Notes under the pieces: generated by a model
Database searches by the model: none
The model's input: the letters and a program-made list of their open reading frames with translations, nothing else
Told to the model about the DNA's origin: nothing
Part shown: in pieces, positions 60,195 through 64,000 of the stretch
How the letters are laid out: the number at the start of each line of letters is the position of its first letter
How positions within the stretch are numbered: position 1 is the stretch's first letter
Assembly: GCA_002269645.1 (NCBI GenBank)
Contig: NIVC01000706.1
Span: 1-64,000 of the forward strand
Length of the DNA: 64,000 bases
Direction of reading: 5' to 3'
DNA from: Macrostomum lignano
Taxonomy: Eukaryota
Made by a program: the position numbers and the translations under genes

Positions 60195-62917
60195 CAGACA
60201 GACCGAGTCTACGACGTTTGCCTGCGGGACGTTTGCCAGCCGACGTTTGCCTGCGGGACGTTTGCCAGCCGACATTTGCCAGCCGACGTTTGCCAGCCGA
60301 CGTTTGCCAGCGGGACGTTTGCCAGCCGAAGTTTGCCTGCCGGACGTTTGCCTGCGGGACGTTTGCCAGCCGACGTTTGCCAGCCGACGTTTGCCGGCCG
60401 ACATTTGCCAGCCGACATTTGCCGGCCGACATTTGCCGGCCGACATTTGCCAGCCGACGTTTGCCGGCGGGACGTTTGCCAGTCGGACGTTTGCCAGCCG
60501 ACGTTTGCCAGCCGCGCCTGCCGGACGTTTGCCAGCCGACGTTTGCCAGCCGACGTTTGCCTGCCGGAAGTTTGCCAGCCAAAATTTGCTAGCCAATATA
60601 AAGCCAGTCAGTGAAAAATTTGATACTGAAACATTCGCAGTTTAGCGGTTTGACAAAAACCGTTTTTACTCCAACTTTTTGACGGTTATTCGCATATATA
60701 CAAGTTTGAAAGCAAAATCTATAAATTATGCAATTTATGCAAAATCTATATAAACTATGCAATTTATATAGATTTACATCTAATATCCAGTTTAACAACG
60801 ATTTTCTTTGAATGTGAAAATATTGTTTACTTTTGACAATTGTGTATCGTTTTTCCCAGTTTGAGATGTTTGATTTTTGATGTGCGAAAGAAGACGCGCA
60901 GATTACAACGGGAATCTCCAGCGATTAAGTTATGAGGCAAACAAAAAGAGCTGCTGAGCGGTAATTCTGGCTCATATCAGTAGCAAGCTAGTAGGATAGC
61001 AAGCGCTAGACACTACGTATGCAAAGCTTAGTCATGCCAAGGACTACTAAAGTAGAAGTACGCAGCACTCGAAATCTATGAAAAATGTTTTGAAGGCCAT
61101 AGGGAGATAGGAAGTTTTCATCTTTTCAGCACAACAATTGTTATTGCTTTCATACGAGGCAAACCCAATGTTCATCTTTTGATATGTTGTGCCAAAATCG
61201 TTGTTAAACTAGATATTAGACGTTAGACTGATGAACTGCATAATTTATAGATTTTGCTTTCAAACTTGTATATATGCGAATAACCGTCAAAAAGTTGGAG
61301 TAAAAACGGTTTTTGTCAAACCGCTAAACTGCGAATGTTTCAGTATCAAATTTTTCACTGACTGGCTTTATATTGGCTAGCAAATTTTGGCTGGCAAACT
61401 TCCGGCAGGCAAACGTCGGCTGGCAAACGTCGGCTGGCAAACGTCGGCTGGCAAACGTCCGGCAGGCAAACGTCCGGCAGACAAACTTCGGCTGGCAAAC
61501 GTCCCGCTGGCAAACGTCGGCTGGCAAACGTCGGCTGGCAAATGTCGGCTGGCAAACGTCCCGCAGGCAAACGTCGGCTGGCAAACGTCCGGCAGGCAAA
61601 CTTCGGCTGGCAAACGTCCCACTGGCAAACGTCGGCTGGCAAATGTCGGCTGGCAAACGTCCCGCAGGCAAACGTCGGCTGGCAAACGTCCCGCAAGCAA
61701 ACGTCGCTATCCCGACAGACCCGCAACCCCGTCCACTCCGTCATCTCCAGGGCTTTCTCCGCTTCGCCGCTCACTGTCGCGAGGCCATTGACGCAGCCGC
61801 CGCTGGCTCCGCCTCTACTGACGCAGCGGCCGAGGCTGCCGAACCTGCCGACCTCGCCGAATCCGGCGCCCAGCATGAGCGCCGATTCAACGATGTTGTC
61901 ACCTTTGTGTGCAACTTCACGGACGCTTCGGTCACGGAGGAAGACCAGAAAAGCCTGGCCTCCAGTTTCCTGTGCCCAGCCGGCAAGCCCAACTACGACA
62001 TGTTCCAGCTGAAAGACGACTTCGTGTTCACCAACAAGGAGGCCGGAGCAGGCGGAACCAATGTTGAAGTTGAACCGCCGGGCCACCCGCTGTTTGCCTG
62101 TTTAGTCTGTCAGCAGCCGTTCCGCAGTCTGCGCCGTCATTTGGACGACGCTCTCTGGGGCTGCAGCACGCCGATATTCCGCGGCCGGCACAATCAGATT
62201 GCGGAGTCCCGCAGCGCCCATCTGCACGCCTGGCTCGGTCCCGAAGCTGCACAACGCTTGCTGAGCGTCTTCGGCAATAGCTATGGCGGCGGCGGAGGCG
62301 GCAGCGGTGCCGGCTACGGAGATGAGTCCAACGATGGAGCCGCCGTCGCTGCCGACTCGGCCGCGGCAATTCCCGACAGTGTGAAAACGCCGCATTGTCC
62401 CGTCTGCGGCTGTCATTTCTCCCAGCCCGTGTCTGGCGCGGCAGGCGGAGGCGGCGGCGGCTGCAGTCGGCTGCTGCTGCACCTGCAGCACGACATCGAC
62501 ACGCCCGGCCACCGGGAACTGGCCGACCAGTTGCGCGACCATCTGCTCTCGCCGAACGGACCGCTGCTGTTGCCCTACGATGAATCTTCGGACGATGTGG
62601 CCGGCCCGCTGATTGACTGGATTGCCGAGCGATTCGCCTGTCCGCACGGTGGCTACGACTCTAATAATGGCATTGTTGAACAGCTGCGCGCTTCGCTAGA
62701 TCGTCGACGCGTTGAAGTCGCCGCTGCGTCCGCCGATGGCGATGCCGGCGCCGGAGTTGCCGCTGCCGCTTCTATGGGCGGCGGCAAGCGTCCATATCCC
62801 GGCGTTGGTGGCGGCCCGGGCGTCGGCCGGAAGGTCGCTCGGATGCGCGGCGGAGGCGGCGGCGGCTATCCCTATCACCAGCATGGCGGCGGCCGCGGCG
62901 GCTGGCGGCGTTATTAA
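59660..62917 (+). CDS. Multi-CxxC/His (C2H2-like) zinc-finger protein with Gly/Arg-rich C-terminus, 2 exons, about 513 aa
   Basis: Exon 1 is 59660-60034 (donor CAG|GTGATG) and exon 2 is 61751-62917 (acceptor TCATCTCCAG|GGC), both phase 0. Splicing assembles PYCSHCRLHFQ|GFLRFAAHC. Other fingers: CKHC...HSH, CLVC...RRH, CPVC...LLH. Tail GGGRGGWRRY. Confidence 0.82.
60090..60196. repeat. (GATA)n microsatellite in the zinc-finger gene intron
   Basis: Direct inspection. Confidence 0.98.
60205..61713. mobile_element. Foldback-type non-autonomous DNA transposon, 1509 bp, long TIRs containing tandem repeats, 8-bp TSD
   Basis: About 60205-60805 is the reverse complement of about 61195-61713. The outer parts are 14-15-bp GGCAAACGTCGGCT repeats. 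GACAGACC lies at 60197-60204 and 61714-61721. No ORF in the spacer. Confidence 0.9.
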
Positions 62918-63194
62918 ATTATTAGTAACTTATTTATTTTTATAATAAATTAGACTAGGAGTGGAACTACTGGACGATAAAGTGGGACTTACAAATCTGC
63001 GCTTGCAAGAGAAAATTTGTTTCGTTTACAACCAAAAGCAAGAATCTTTTAATAGCTATAATTCTATACAGACTTAGTGCTTAGTGTTCTGATACACTTT
63101 GAAAATTCCTATAGTTTTTTGCTTGAATAATTGGCTGAATATGTTAAATATCTGGCCCTTTCCAGTGTAAATGAAAGCTTTGATGGTTTTTGGT

Positions 63195-63915
63195 CTTTAT
63201 CCAGGACGTGAAGCCTCGGAGTCTTATTCCAGAATGTGAAGCCTTGAAGTCTATCCAGGATGTGAAGCCTTGAAGTCTATCCAGGATGTGAAGACTCGGA
63301 GCCTTATTCCAGGATGTGAAGATTCGAAGTCTTTATCCAGGATGTGAAGACTCGGAGTCTTTATCCAGGATGCGAAACCTTTAAGTCTTTATCTAGGTTG
63401 TAAAGACTCGGAGTCTTTATCCAGGATGTGAAGACTCTGGAGTCTTTATCCAGGATGCGAAGCCTTGAAGTCTTTATCTAGGATGTAAAGACTCGGAGTC
63501 TTTATCCAGGATGTGAAGCCTTGAAGTCTTTATCCAGGATATAAAGATTCGGAGTCTTATTCCAGGATGCGAAGCCTTGAAGTCTTTATCCAGGATATAA
63601 AGATTCGGAGTCTTATTCCAGGATGCGAAGCCTTGAAGTCTTTATCCAGGATGTGAAGACTCGGAGTCTTATTCCAGGATGTGAAGATTGGAAGTCTTTA
63701 TCCAGGATGTGAAGACTCGGAGTCTTATTCCAGGATGTGAAGATTGGAAGTCTTTATCTAGGATGTAAAGACTCGGAGTCTTTATCCAGGATGTGAAGAC
63801 TCGGAGTCTTTATCCAGGATGTGAAGACTCGGAGTCTTTATCCAGGATGCGAAGCCTCGAAGTCTTTATCCAGGATGCGAAGCCTCGAAGTCTTTATTCA
63901 GGATATAAAAATTCG
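63195..63915. repeat. About 28-bp minisatellite (GGATGTGAAGACTCGGAGTCTTTATCCA variants)
   Basis: Direct inspection. Confidence 0.96.
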
Positions 63916-64000
63916 GATTTTTTAAACTGTCCAACTTATAGATTTTCTTGAACCCTTGTGTGACTTTAGTGACCTTAAACCTAATAAAAATTAAATGTGT

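Noticed and set aside
61373-61750. N-terminal 126 codons of track ORF 61373-62917
   Set aside because: This is read-through of the foldback TIR repeats. A good acceptor at 61750 joins in phase to exon 59660-60034 and completes a zinc finger.

Overview
Eukaryotic, repeat-rich animal genomic DNA. GT-AG introns, Ala/Gly/Gln-rich coding segments, long (GATA)n/(GACA)n tracts and many minisatellites suggest a Macrostomum-like flatworm (inference only). Five host genes were reconstructed by hand: an intronless class A GPCR (9892-11022, -); a 14-exon SMIT1/SLC5A3-like Na+/myo-inositol cotransporter (19287-28271, -); an orphan two-TM polyQ protein (31424-32167, +); an 11-exon TRAK/Milton-like kinesin adaptor (38701-53438, -); and a 2-exon multi-zinc-finger protein with a Gly/Arg tail (59660-62917, +). 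Mobile elements: a decayed gypsy fragment, a piggyBac with two lesions, a truncated Ngaro/DIRS-type element, an internally deleted Tc1-like element, an R1/LOA-type LINE fragment, a 2.1-kb gypsy deletion derivative with identical LTRs and an open integrase frame, a solo-LTR-like insert inside a satellite, a 1.5-kb foldback element with an 8-bp TSD, and two tRNA-derived SINE families. Most long ORFs in the supplied track are artefacts of tandem repeats. No prokaryotic features, CRISPR arrays, rRNA or true tRNA genes were found. Exon boundaries are manual predictions.
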